The position numbers and the translations under genes are program-made. The notes beneath the pieces are model-generated. The model made no database searches. It was not told where the DNA came from and worked only from the letters and a program-made list of their open reading frames with translations. Positions 50,080 to 61,000 of a stretch of 64,000 nt of DNA are shown piece after piece; positions within the stretch are counted from its first letter, which is position 1; the number at the start of each line of letters is the position of its first letter. This DNA is from Klebsormidium nitens (lineage: Eukaryota; Plantae; Klebsormidiophyceae). The stretch is from the NCBI GenBank assembly GCA_000708835.1, contig DF237454.1:3647-67646 (forward strand), written 5' to 3'.

Positions 50080-51159
50080 ATGGCGGCATCGGATGCTGCC
50101 AAACTAGAGAAGACTATTGGGCAAACCAGGGTCCTGCTATTCTGGCCAAACATCGTGGACTATGTCAGAATAGTCATGGCAGTTGGCACTTTCTTTGGGC
50201 CCTGGGACCAGAGAGAGCAGCCGCTGCTGTTTGCTGCACTCTACGTGGCGGGATTCTTTCTAGATGGTGTAGATGGCATTCTCGCAAGAAGCCTCAATCA
50301 GGTACGTCCATACGTTTATGATTGATTGGTGGTGATGGCTGGCCACTGGTTGACCCCCATCCATAGATTCTACTTTTTGGTCTGCCTTGCCATGAATCTG
50401 TGGCGCAGGTGCTTGGCCTGCAGCGATCCTATTCTGGTGCCACATCTTTCACTTTGAGCACCTCGACAACCTTGCAAACTGAGAACCGTCTCTTAAAGTT
50501 AGATCAAAGGTGGTGCTACTTAAGATACAGAATCGGTGTCGCCTCTTCATCTGCAAGGACATACTCTCGAAACTCCATTTTCAATCGATCTTGGACCCAG
50601 AGTCATAAACGAAGTTGAGGTGCTCATAAGAGACACGCTGAGATGAACATGTTAGAAGTCTGTTAGATTCGTTTCTTCTTTTCCGCAGGTTTCTTCCTTT
50701 GGAGCCTTTCTGGACGTGTGCATAGACAACGGGGTGCGACAAGTGATGTGGACAATGGCTGTCCCGGGTCCAGTCGGATGCTTGCTTCCCGCTCTAGAGT
50801 GGCTAGTTTTAGCGGCTACTCACAGCCAAGGGGGTGCAGCCTGGAAGGAAGGGTGCTTCAGAGATGCACCTTGGTGGGTGACCAGTGTTGTGAAGAACGG
50901 GTTCAAAAGCCCATCAGGAGTCCTTTGCATTGGGGGCCTTCATTTTCTGCCGTTGTGGTTGTGGCTACGGCAACATGTAGATAAATCCAGTGACAGTCGG
51001 AGCAGCTCTGCTGCCCCGTCCCTCTTTCTGTTTTTGGGTGTGTTTTTTGTTGCAGGCAGGGCGTATTGTTTCTTTGTGGAGCTGTGGACCTTGCAGCGGC
51101 ATCTGGGGTCCCTCCTAAAAGAAGACGAGAAAGGAGCTTCTCATCGTAAGAAAACTTGA
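50080..51159 (+). CDS. CDP-alcohol phosphatidyltransferase family protein (PIS-like)
   Basis: Exons 50080-50301 and 50689-51159. VLLFWPNIVDYVR and DGVDGILARSLNQ|VSSFGAFLDVCID fit the CDP-alcohol DG-x2-AR...G-x3-D-x3-D motif. Confidence 0.85.
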
Positions 51160-51639
51160 CATATTATCCTGTGCGCTCAAATCAAGCTTCCAAAACGCAT
51201 GAGCTGCCTTGCTTTTGATTAAACAAAATGCTTATTAACTATTATTAGATTATTAGATCATGAACGAACGATATTAGATTATGCTACAAAACGTGCACTG
51301 GTTGTTTACGAGACTGGATAACGGTTAACGATCCACGGTCGATTTGTATCAAGTCGAATGACAGTAATCGAAATCTCCTCAGGAATGCTAGTAAGCTAGA
51401 AATCTCTGGCCTGACAAAACGCATACATGGATGTTCATTTTGCATGTGACGGTATGATAGTAAACGATAACACCAGGGCAATGATTCGCTGAATCAACTT
51501 AAAGAGGGCGTCTACGTGACGTCAGCACCGGTCACTTAAAGCAGAGAGTTTTGCTCGGGGAAAACACCGCTGATACCAATTTCAGGCGACTGCGTACCAC
51601 AAATCCATGCTTCGATGTCGCTTCTGTGACGTCATGTGT

Positions 51640-51790
51640 ACGTCAATGGTGTACTTGAGATCCTCATCGAACAGGGCGAAGATGTAGGATTTGACGGTGC
51701 GGTTGGGGTACCGCGGCGTGCCCTGCCCACTTGCAAGGGGCGAGACGCTGTAGGTCAGGTAGTCGCTCGTATAGGACCGGTCCTGCGACG
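51640..51790 (-). pseudogene. Orphan fragment resembling the glycoside hydrolase family 17 (beta-1,3-glucanase) C-terminus
   Basis: GQGTPRYPNRTVKSYIFALFDEDLK resembles the GH17 GTP.RP...Y.FA.F.E..K motif. No upstream GH17 exons seen. Confidence 0.5.
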
Positions 51791-52209
51791 CCCTCTTTAA
51801 CGAGTCAAGGAACGCCAGCAAAAACAGCCTGATCGAGTGCTGAGTCTGCACGAATTAGTCGAAATTCGAAAATCCATGTGCATATGCATAAACAACGTAC
51901 TAAGTCATTCAGTAAAATCATGGTGTATATGCGTAATTTCATTTTGCAACGTGCTTGCTACCGTCCCGGCCATGAGTGACCGTCTGAGTCATCGACTTGC
52001 AGCTAGCAGCTAGCGCTGAAGTACGATACAATCATTTGCATGCATCGCCGCGCACGGTCCAATGCCACTTTGACCGCATGCATTAAATTTCGCAATAGCG
52101 CGCAGGCTCGATCAGCTCTCCAGGCCGGCCGCCCGCGCGCTCCGGTGGCCGCTAGTATGAGTCCATGCCATGATACATATGCACGTCGTCGGCTGATCTC
52201 AAACGGCTA

Positions 52210-52268
52210 CCGAACTGAGTTTCTTGAGAATTTTGACTTCCGAACTGAGTTTCTTGAGAATTTTGACT
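52210..52268. repeat. 30-bp tandem duplication (intergenic)
   Basis: CCGAACTGAGTTTCTTGAGAATTTTGACT twice. Confidence 0.95.
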
Positions 52269-52635
52269 ATAGTAAGGCTAGACCGATCGGACTGGAATTC
52301 GCATATATGCATAACAAGCGCGTCGGATCGATCGAATGATTGCAATACTTGATTATATAACTCGCGTTTTAATCGTGTCGACTCTTGTAAATCTTGAGTC
52401 TTAGTATCCCTTCGTACATTGTTTGACATGATTGAACGAAACTATTCAGATGACATTTTGCCCTAAGTATCCACAAGCATACTCCAAATCTTTCTTCATG
52501 CATGCAAGGGCGTCCTCGGCACTCGCTTGCGTACCAAAGACGACCCCGTCTGAATCTTCAATCACGTCAAAGATTCCTCATCTGAGTTTCCCTCAATTCA
52601 AACACACCGAGCCTCTAGCACAAAGCTGAGACCAG

Positions 52636-53501
52636 CTATGCCGGCGGTTGCTCGGCCCTTTTTAGAATACTCGTAATTAGGGGCACCTTGTCCCCAAGCC
52701 ACAGCGCCCTGTGAGTGTGGTCACCGAAGTCGTCTCCGGTGTGGGGGTGAATGAGCACCGAGTGCACTCCGTGATGGACTTGGATCCAGGGGACGAACTC
52801 GGCGAATTGGGCGGGGGTCCGCATGTCCACCTCGAACATTCCCTGCACGGTGAGATGAGACAACGCTCGTTCCTTGACTCACTGAGTGCTGAAGCATCAC
52901 CCATTTCGAGCCTCGAACTCTAAGTATCATTCGATGCTGAGGACAAGGGACCAAAAAGCAGCTGAAAGAACGTCAACTGAGGAAGTGGATACCTGGTTTT
53001 CCAAAATCGTGGTCTTGTCCTAATCTTCATCCACATGCCACTTTGATTAATCTGGAAAGTGTCCGAAATCAAGCCCCTTATATTTCAGAACCCCTCACCT
53101 ACGCCTCCGCTCGGTCTCGTTCCTGCTACGAGCAGGTCAACACGTCTTCATTGGGTGCACAAGTGGAACGAAGCTGATGCTTTTATTCGGTCCTTGACCA
53201 AGATCGAAATCGATCCCCTGAGAGAAGCTTAAATCTATTCGTACGTCCCTATCACGGATGGTTCTGCGAACATGAATCAACATCAGATTCCGGAACCTTT
53301 GAAGAAACTCACCGTCGGGTGTGGTCCGATGGGCTTCTCCCAGAACTTATAGACTTCCAGGTGCGGGAACTCCTTGATGATTTCCTCGCGGAGGGCTTTT
53401 GCGGAGGCTGACGAGGCGGGGTTGTCCTGGAAGAAGTAGATGTGCGCATCGTACGACTTCACCGGCTCCGCAAAGCTGGTGGGAAAGGGCTCCGCAGCCA
53501 T
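52636..53501 (-). CDS. DOPA 4,5-dioxygenase (bacterial/fungal DODA type), ~131 aa
   Basis: Exons 53501-53313 (YDAHIYF...KPIGPHPT) and 52842-52636 (GMFEV...SVLIHPHTGDDFGDHTHRALWLG), matching the DOPA_dioxygen family motifs. Confidence 0.9.
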
Positions 53502-55052
53502 GGCTCGTGTCTGCGCAAAAGAGTGAGCAATAAGACTGGTGTGCCGTATTTCGGACTTTTTCAACTTCGGACGGGCAAAGCCGAAGTTCAATTCCTTACT
53601 ATCAGCTCCTGTCTGCGGCCGCACACGCAAGTGTATAACTAAGTGTCGTGCACGGTTCATCTCCAGATGGTAGTTTTCAGCGCAACATTGAAAACCGAAG
53701 CGCACGAGCAGTCGCAGACTGGTTTCATTGAGTTCGAGTATGAGTTCCGGGTTCGTCCGATCGAATTTAGATCGTCCGAATTGGGGCGCACCAGTTTTAG
53801 TTGCTCAGAAAGAAAGTCAGAAATGGCAAATTAGTGAATCAACTTCAACCTCTGACCTCTCAGGGGTACCATCTAGGATAGTCATGGGCTTTGCGATCAG
53901 CAGTACCAGCATGAGATGTTGACGATTCTTTAGTCAATGTTGGTAAGAGCAGATTAGGACAGCCAGTGCGAGTGGGTTTGCTTGATAAAGCAGAGCTTGT
54001 CAGCATCCACAGACCTTCTCCCAATCTGGAGATCCCATCAATGTCTTTGAAGTTTGAGCAATCAAGTTGCGTAAAGAGACTGCAAATCAGAGTAGCAGGT
54101 TAGTCAAGCAGAACCAAAGCTTACCCTGGAGTAAAGCCTTTGTGGAGGCTGGTCCAAAGAGAAACGTTGTTTCAAGCAGCCTGCTTGGCTAGCCTTCTTC
54201 AAGATCTGTCTGCCTAACTGAGGCGCTGCATTCAACAACCACAAAATAGATTCCATTTAAATGAAAAAGCAGGTAAGCACCAGGCTTCCGCTCACTCTAG
54301 AAAGATTGATAAGGTCAATCACATAACTCTTTATAAGCGGGTCTGAAATTGCACATTTTTCGTGGTAGCTCGTCAAATATTGAGGCCTTGCAAGAAGCTT
54401 CTAATCCCTGAAAGCCAGTCTCAGTGATCTGAGGTGGCGATCACTACTGAAAATGTTTACGGCAGGAAACAAGGTAGTGGAGAGACTATTACAAGGCCCT
54501 GTAGCATGGAAAGAACACAGTTTACAAGCCACGGATCATCAGGGTGCTTCACAGAGCGGTAGTTTTCTATTATTTTCCACAATAATAGACTTATTACCAC
54601 CATTGTAACCAGGGAGACTAGACAAGAATTGCTCCTTCCTTATCTTTATGCTTTTGCAATCGCCTTCAGATTGGTTCAGAAAGAGGAATGTCGTGCCGTC
54701 ACTGACAGCACACATGCCAGCAGCAGAAGCCCGCAACCTTTAGGCAAACAGTACAGATGTACCAAAGATCACAGAGCTCCTTCTTGCCCAGCTCCTCACG
54801 CTTCAGCCAAAGCTCACCTGGTGTTGTTGCGAACAGGTCTACGAGTGATTGCTGGAGTCGGATCCCCCGAACATTGCAAGCCATGCAGCAGCTCCTTCAA
54901 GTCAATCAGGCGACAGCATTGCCAAGCGCACAGCCCGTTCTCAGCCCTCCGTTTTCATGCAGATAATTTGATCCCGCCTACCACTCCTGTGATGCTTCCG
55001 TCATCAGGTGCTCCCTTAATTGACCATGGCCGCCTTCCAACTTCCACCACTC

Positions 55053-55145
55053 CCTCTGTCAGCCGTCACGAGATTGAAGTACCTAGACCTGAAAACTCAA
55101 GGCAGTGGCAGAATTCTTGATCGGCTGCTCTCTCTTTGTCGCTCT
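55053..55145 (+). pseudogene. Degenerate leucine-rich-repeat fragment
   Basis: LSAVTRLKYLDLKTQGSGRILDRLLSL resembles the plant LRR consensus LxxLxxLxxLDLxxNxLSGxIPxxL. A weaker repeat (SRIPRTLQAMQQL) lies near 54855-54900. Confidence 0.3.
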
Positions 55146-55478
55146 CCGAGGGACCCCTCCCAAGCTACCGGCAGGTTGAAGTTACCCCGAGCTGGCACCT
55201 TTGCTCCCGACCGCAGGCGCGGTTGCTGTCCGACCCTTCGAGACCGCCAGATAGGCGCCGGTGAACACCAGCCGGGCACAACACCCAAACCGACCAGAGC
55301 TCGGGGCACGAATTGCACGGCTGGGCCCGTGAGTAGTCACGGTTCTCCCCGCGCCCGCGCGCGTAGCGCGCTGCCCCAGCATGGAAGTGAGCACTGCATG
55401 GACACTCTGGAGTCTGGAATCCAGTCTCGACTCTCCACTCTCCAGTCAATCAGTCCAGGCAGCGGGGGAGAGGAAGTC

Positions 55479-57690
55479 ATGGCGGCTGCAATCCAGAGCA
55501 CGGTTGCTTCGGGGCTCGCTGCCGTTGCGCAGCTTCCAACCGACACTGCTGTTCCCAGGAGGCACAGCAGTGCCTCTTGCATCACTTCGCGTATCGGGCG
55601 GGACTCTGCATTTGTGCCGCTAAACAGATTGCATGCTCAAACCCTATGTAGACCGATGACGGACGAGGGCAGGTCTAGCCGGGGTCCGGTTAGGGCACTT
55701 TTTGGAGGTAAGCATCATCTATAAGGGTTGGGTCAAGCGACATACCCACATTGTGGCGCCCGCAGCCATTCCGGTGACATAGCTCTATGAAAGATACTTT
55801 TTGAATGCGAACGCCTTAGTTGGCCTGCTGTCTTGAGATTTTTCGGCTGAAGTGCTATCGTGTTTCATCTTAACCAGAGTCCGACCTTTCCAAAGTGCGC
55901 GATGTACAACTGGTAAACCGGCAACTGCTGCTTGAGCTTGTTGTGGTGGTATGTCCAAAGTGGCGGTCACTTGGAAGTGATTTCATCGACTGCTTGAGAG
56001 CCAGGCTAGAAAGGAAGTGATAGTAGATACATAATACCTCAGTCGCGCTGCTCTGTCATGTCAGAGAAAGTCGCAGACACTTAGATTGGGCATCCAGATT
56101 CCTCGTTCTCTGTTCTGTGGAAATGGAACTGGGCGTTCATCATCTCTCCTAAAGTATCTTAGCGGCCATTCCAGAAATTTGTTACTGGTGGTGTCAGCTG
56201 AGGTTCTGCTAATCCATAACCCCAAGTTCAGAACTCTAAGCGTCTTGAAAGGCACTCGGTCTGCGTCCTTACTACTGGTCCATGACCAGAAATAGTGGCT
56301 TGAACATGATCAGACAGACAGTACCAATCAACTTTTCGAGCCCCGATGAACCATTGTTACGTTCTTCTTAGAGGAGCTTTAACGGGTTCCCTTCAATCAG
56401 ATTCTCACAATAAGTCTATTCTGTAAGATTGTCCAACACTGGAAAATCTTCCTCTGCTGGCTTTAAACAGTGAACCTTGCTTTAAAATCGAAGGACTGAG
56501 CGAACTTGATCTTGGGGAACTGTCGGTCATCTACATGCCTTGTCTTTCTGGATGCTGTTGCGCTTTTCCAGTCTTCAGCGTCTTTTGAACAAGGCTTGCA
56601 TCGCGTGTCGCTCAAACAATCAGGAAGGAATGGGCGCATGTCGTCTAGGGGGACACGTCAAACGACATCTTTTAGCAGATGCGGCACTGCTTTTCATGAG
56701 CTGCTAACATAGTGTGTCATTACAAGGCATCTTACAAAGATCACTGACTCTTGTCATGGACCTGGTGACTGAACCATCTGACCTGCTCTCAACTTGCACC
56801 ACATTTGCGATACCAGGGTTACCGTTTGACGCGATTGTATGATCATCCAACATATCCCTTTTAAATAGGACCTTCTTGTGATAAGAAGCTAAGTTGTCGG
56901 CACTCAAGGATGCCTACTCATTTGGTAATTGCGGGAGTATTGATCTTGAGTCCTCCGAAAGCCAATGACATCACTCGGAGCTTCTTCTGTGCGGGTCTTG
57001 GTATTTTTAACCCTTGAAGATGGTTGAACTGTGTCCCATCTTGTTATTTGCCAGGCAGAACCTTCCCGGAAGGGTGACAGTCTGGCCTAAAAAGTGGACG
57101 CGAAAGTGGCCGCTTTTCTTCATGATACGTCGACGCGACTGACATACAGTGGCCTGAAACCTGGTCAACTGTTGTGCACTGCAGGTGGTGGCAACGCTGA
57201 GGACAAGAAGAAAAAGGGCATCAAGAGAGAAGAGGAGCCACAAGAGTAAGGGCGCCGCACCGGTCAACTTTTACAAAGCGCAAAGTTGCTCCACTTCGTT
57301 TAGTTTCAAGGGCATGGGTTGACGTTTGTAAATTCCGGATCCTGATTTCGACTCGAGGCTGATTGAACTCGTTTCTTACAGGCTAGTTTCTAGTTGAAGC
57401 AGCAGTCGTGCAGGGAGTGAACCGGGTATCGCTCGATCATCTCTGGAGACTTTCATGACGGTCTTCTCTATTGAAGAAGCGCTCAGAACGCCGCTCAAAG
57501 AACTCTAGTGATTCGAAAGGAGATCTGATGGCCCGTAACCTTGTGCAGATACTTTCAGACGAAGGCTGAGCTTCAGGGAAAGAGTACCTTCGCGGATCCT
57601 CTGGCCATCATCGGAGTTCTATCGATCTTCCTTCCGTTCATTATCCTGGGGGCCGCGTTTTCAGCAGGCTTGGTCAAACTGCCATCTTAG
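55479..57690 (+). CDS. Small plastid-targeted single-pass membrane protein of unknown function (~143 aa)
   Basis: Exons 55479-55707, 57185-57245 and 57549-57690 join in phase. A Ser/Ala/Arg-rich transit peptide ends VRALFGG, followed by KREEEPQEYFQTKAE and a hydrophobic helix DPLAIIGVLSIFLPFIILGAAFSAGLV. Confidence 0.8.
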
Positions 57691-58069
57691 ATTAGGATCG
57701 ACAATCACTAGGCCTCTGAATCACGGAAGAGTGTACGAGTGCTTGTGTTTGACAAGCTCGGCTTGCGTTGCTTAGAACTTTGGAAACTTCGAGTTGATTT
57801 GTGGGTGCATCGTCTCGGTGCTTTTCCAGCTTGAGGACTCTTACAGATGTTGCCCGTCGGCCTCCAATTCTAGCACTTAATGTCTTGCCTCTTGGATCAC
57901 AACGAGGCCATGTCTGCAGCATATGATCCATCTTGCATCCGACCATCTTAGTACCATATAGTACGTGCATGGCTATATAAATGCTTGTCAGCACCCACGT
58001 ATGCGCCACACTTACAGCAAGGCAACTCAAGGATGAATCATTTAGCCTGCGCTCTCAAATCTAGTTCTC

Positions 58070-61000
58070 CAAACGGCAAGCCGATCGCGAAATCTGGGTA
58101 GCGACGGAGCTCCGACGCGACGTGCGCGTTAAATGGCATCTGCAACCAATGATCAAGATCAACACGAACGCGGCCGGTCGCCCTCAAGCACTACGTGTGC
58201 GCAACCCGAATGGAGTACGCTGCTGGTGAGCCGAACTCCCACTCTGGACCCCATCAGGTTCAACGGTTTGTTGCAACATTGGGACCCGGGCCGCTCGAAA
58301 TGCAGCTCCTTCTTACCTTTGTGAGCAGAGAATCGTCATAAAAGCGTTCGCAACCAATCAAATTAAATACACTGCTCGTGTCGTTCCGCTTGCCATGCTT
58401 GCCTAGGGGGAGAAAGAGTCACCCGTTTCAGCGAATGCAACTTCAAGTCCTTCGGTGGACTTCTCATCGGTTGATTTTTTTGGCCCTTCATTTCCTCTTG
58501 CGCTCGAATCCTGAAACCTAGCCGGCTACCACCACGCGAGAACCCTCTGGCGACTGGAAAGCCAGAGGAGTCCCGTCAGTCTTCGTTCTTCGACTCTCCA
58601 TTTGCTTCGCTTCATTGAAATCCTGAATGACTGCACTCCCATCAAGCGGAAGTTTTTCTTGCCGTCGAGTCAAGAACGCGACCAAACACCCTTGAGTCTC
58701 AGAAACCATGGTTCCCTCCGTTCCGTTTCCGTTTGTTCCGTTCAGGCTCCTGGACCTGGTGGGCCCCGACCACGCGGAGGCTTGCCTCGCGACCAAAATC
58801 ACGAAGAAGCGGGCGAAACTACCTTATCCCTTTCAAAGCCGTACAAGTCTCTCGAACCCCGCTTCCGTTCGTTTCGTTCAGGCTCCTGAAACCCAGGCGA
58901 CGAATCTTAGCCAGATGATGCTCAGATCAACAATCTGACGTGCAGGCCCATGTGTCGGACGCTGACGGACGCCGAGCACCTTCGGACACCGTCACGGAAC
59001 TCGATCCGAACAATTCGTACCCTAAAGGACAGGTCATACCGGCGGGCGGATTCACACAGCTCCTCCAGACGATGGGCGTGCAAGGTGTGAACGTGCTCTT
59101 AGGAAGTATATCTCGCTTTTCCCGTGATCTGATCAGCAAGGAGCGAGGGTGGCCTGCGGGTTGGAAATGGTTCCTTCACTTTTGGAGGATTCCGGTTGGG
59201 TGCACATTTGACCCTTTCGAGAGCAAGTTTACATCGGGATAGGGGCGTGTCTGGTTCTCCTTTAAATCTCTGCGACAGACTTGAAAGATTCTGAAGCCTG
59301 CTACTGTGAGGTTACTGCAAATTCAAGGGCACGTGCCTTGGCGACTGGGGATGCATGGTCCGGGGCGATTTGTCGCTGGAAAGTTCGCGAATGCGCTGTT
59401 CCTAGTCTCCTGCTGCTTTTTACTGCGAACCTATGCAGCGTGTGAGTGCGCTTCTGTGCTGTATCTGGGCCGTCTCTTTCAACGTTTTGAGGATCTGCGG
59501 GCTGCGTACAAGCAAACCTTGCACCGATCGTCACGGAATCCGAGATTGCACGTTGCTGACGTCGTCGGCTCATAAGTCGCTGAGGGAACGCTGACGTCAG
59601 GCTGCTGTCTGCTGCTAATTGCAGGCAAGAAAATGCTCTTCTTCCGCTGTGAGTCGACGTGATTCGACGGACTCGGTTCTTTCTCCTCGCCTGGTGCAAC
59701 GCCGTCGTCAGTATCTGCAGGGGCGTGTGCTCCCTTTCTTCCCAGGTTTGTTCCTTCCCTCCTCCTCCTCCTTTTGGCCGTGATGAAACTCCCCCACGTA
59801 CGGGGCTCGTTGCTTGCTCAAATTACTGGGGCCGGCTATCTTGGTCGTCTTTCGGTATTCCTTTGCGAATCCGTTTCCGTTCGTGATTACCGCCCAATCA
59901 CTCAGTTAACCCAAGCTCCAATTCTGGTGGCAGAGGGCTGATCAAGGGCGCCAACATGGATCAATCTCCGGTTCCAATCCAGATGCTGAGGTCCGATCTG
60001 ATATAGTCTCTTCGAAGACTCAGGATCAGGGTGGCACCCTGGATATGCTTCCCATCTCGTTTTCGTTATGCCGTTTACGTTTTCGTTCCCGGATTGCGAG
60101 AGTACCTCGAGCCTTGCTGACTCAGAACTTCCTTTTGCTGCACAAGGGTCGGGGCACCACTGTTTACGTCTTATCGTTTCCAAGTCTATCTCCGTTTTGA
60201 CCGTTCCCATTTTCGAGTACCCCGGTAGTTCGCTTTGCCAACCCAAGCCTGAATCCTGGTGCATACAGCTCAGGGCGCTACCGTGGTCGTGATCGTTCCG
60301 TTTCGTTACATATCTGCGAATAGTTCACATCAGACCTTCACTGTTGTTGTCAGAAACTCGAGGCGCCTGCGTGAACGTGCGTCCGTTTCCATTCCCGTTT
60401 CAGCCTTTGGGTGCGGGGATAGTTATACTCTGCTGACTTTCGCCTTTGGTTGACAGGGCTCAGGGGACTGTGGACGGACTTCCGTTTCCTTCTTCGATTC
60501 CCTTTCCGTTCCCATTCCCGCTTCTGATACCGAATTATGCAATTCTTGCTCGACACAGACCTGCACCCTTTGCTGCACAGGGCTTAGGGGCGCCACTTTA
60601 ACGTACTTCCGTCAACTTTCTGTTTCCGTCGTCGTTTCTGGGTACCGGGTCAGGTCGGTCGTTGTTGACTCAATCTTTCAGCCTTAATTGACAGGGCTCA
60701 GGTGGCCACCTTGGACGTGCTTCCGTTTCCGTTGACCATCGTCGGAACCAGCGGACTAGGCACCGGCTCCATCCTTCCGACGGACCTCAGAAATTGACAG
60801 CAACAATCTCTCCCCGGTGAGGTTTTCAGAAATTTTCAAGTTCGTTCGTCGGAGGCTTCCCTAAGTAATCTCTGTACGTCACAATCGATGATCTTTCAGA
60901 CCCGGTCACCCAAGGGCACAGTCTGCTGAATCTTGAGATGGGCGGTCCAGAGCGCTGGGGAAAATCCATTCTGAGCCGGGTTCCAGTGAGGCTCACGCTG

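Noticed and set aside
59931-60740. CRISPR-like repeat-spacer array
   Set aside because: Repeats are heavily diverged, the spacers resemble each other and contain splice signals, and no cas-like gene is present.
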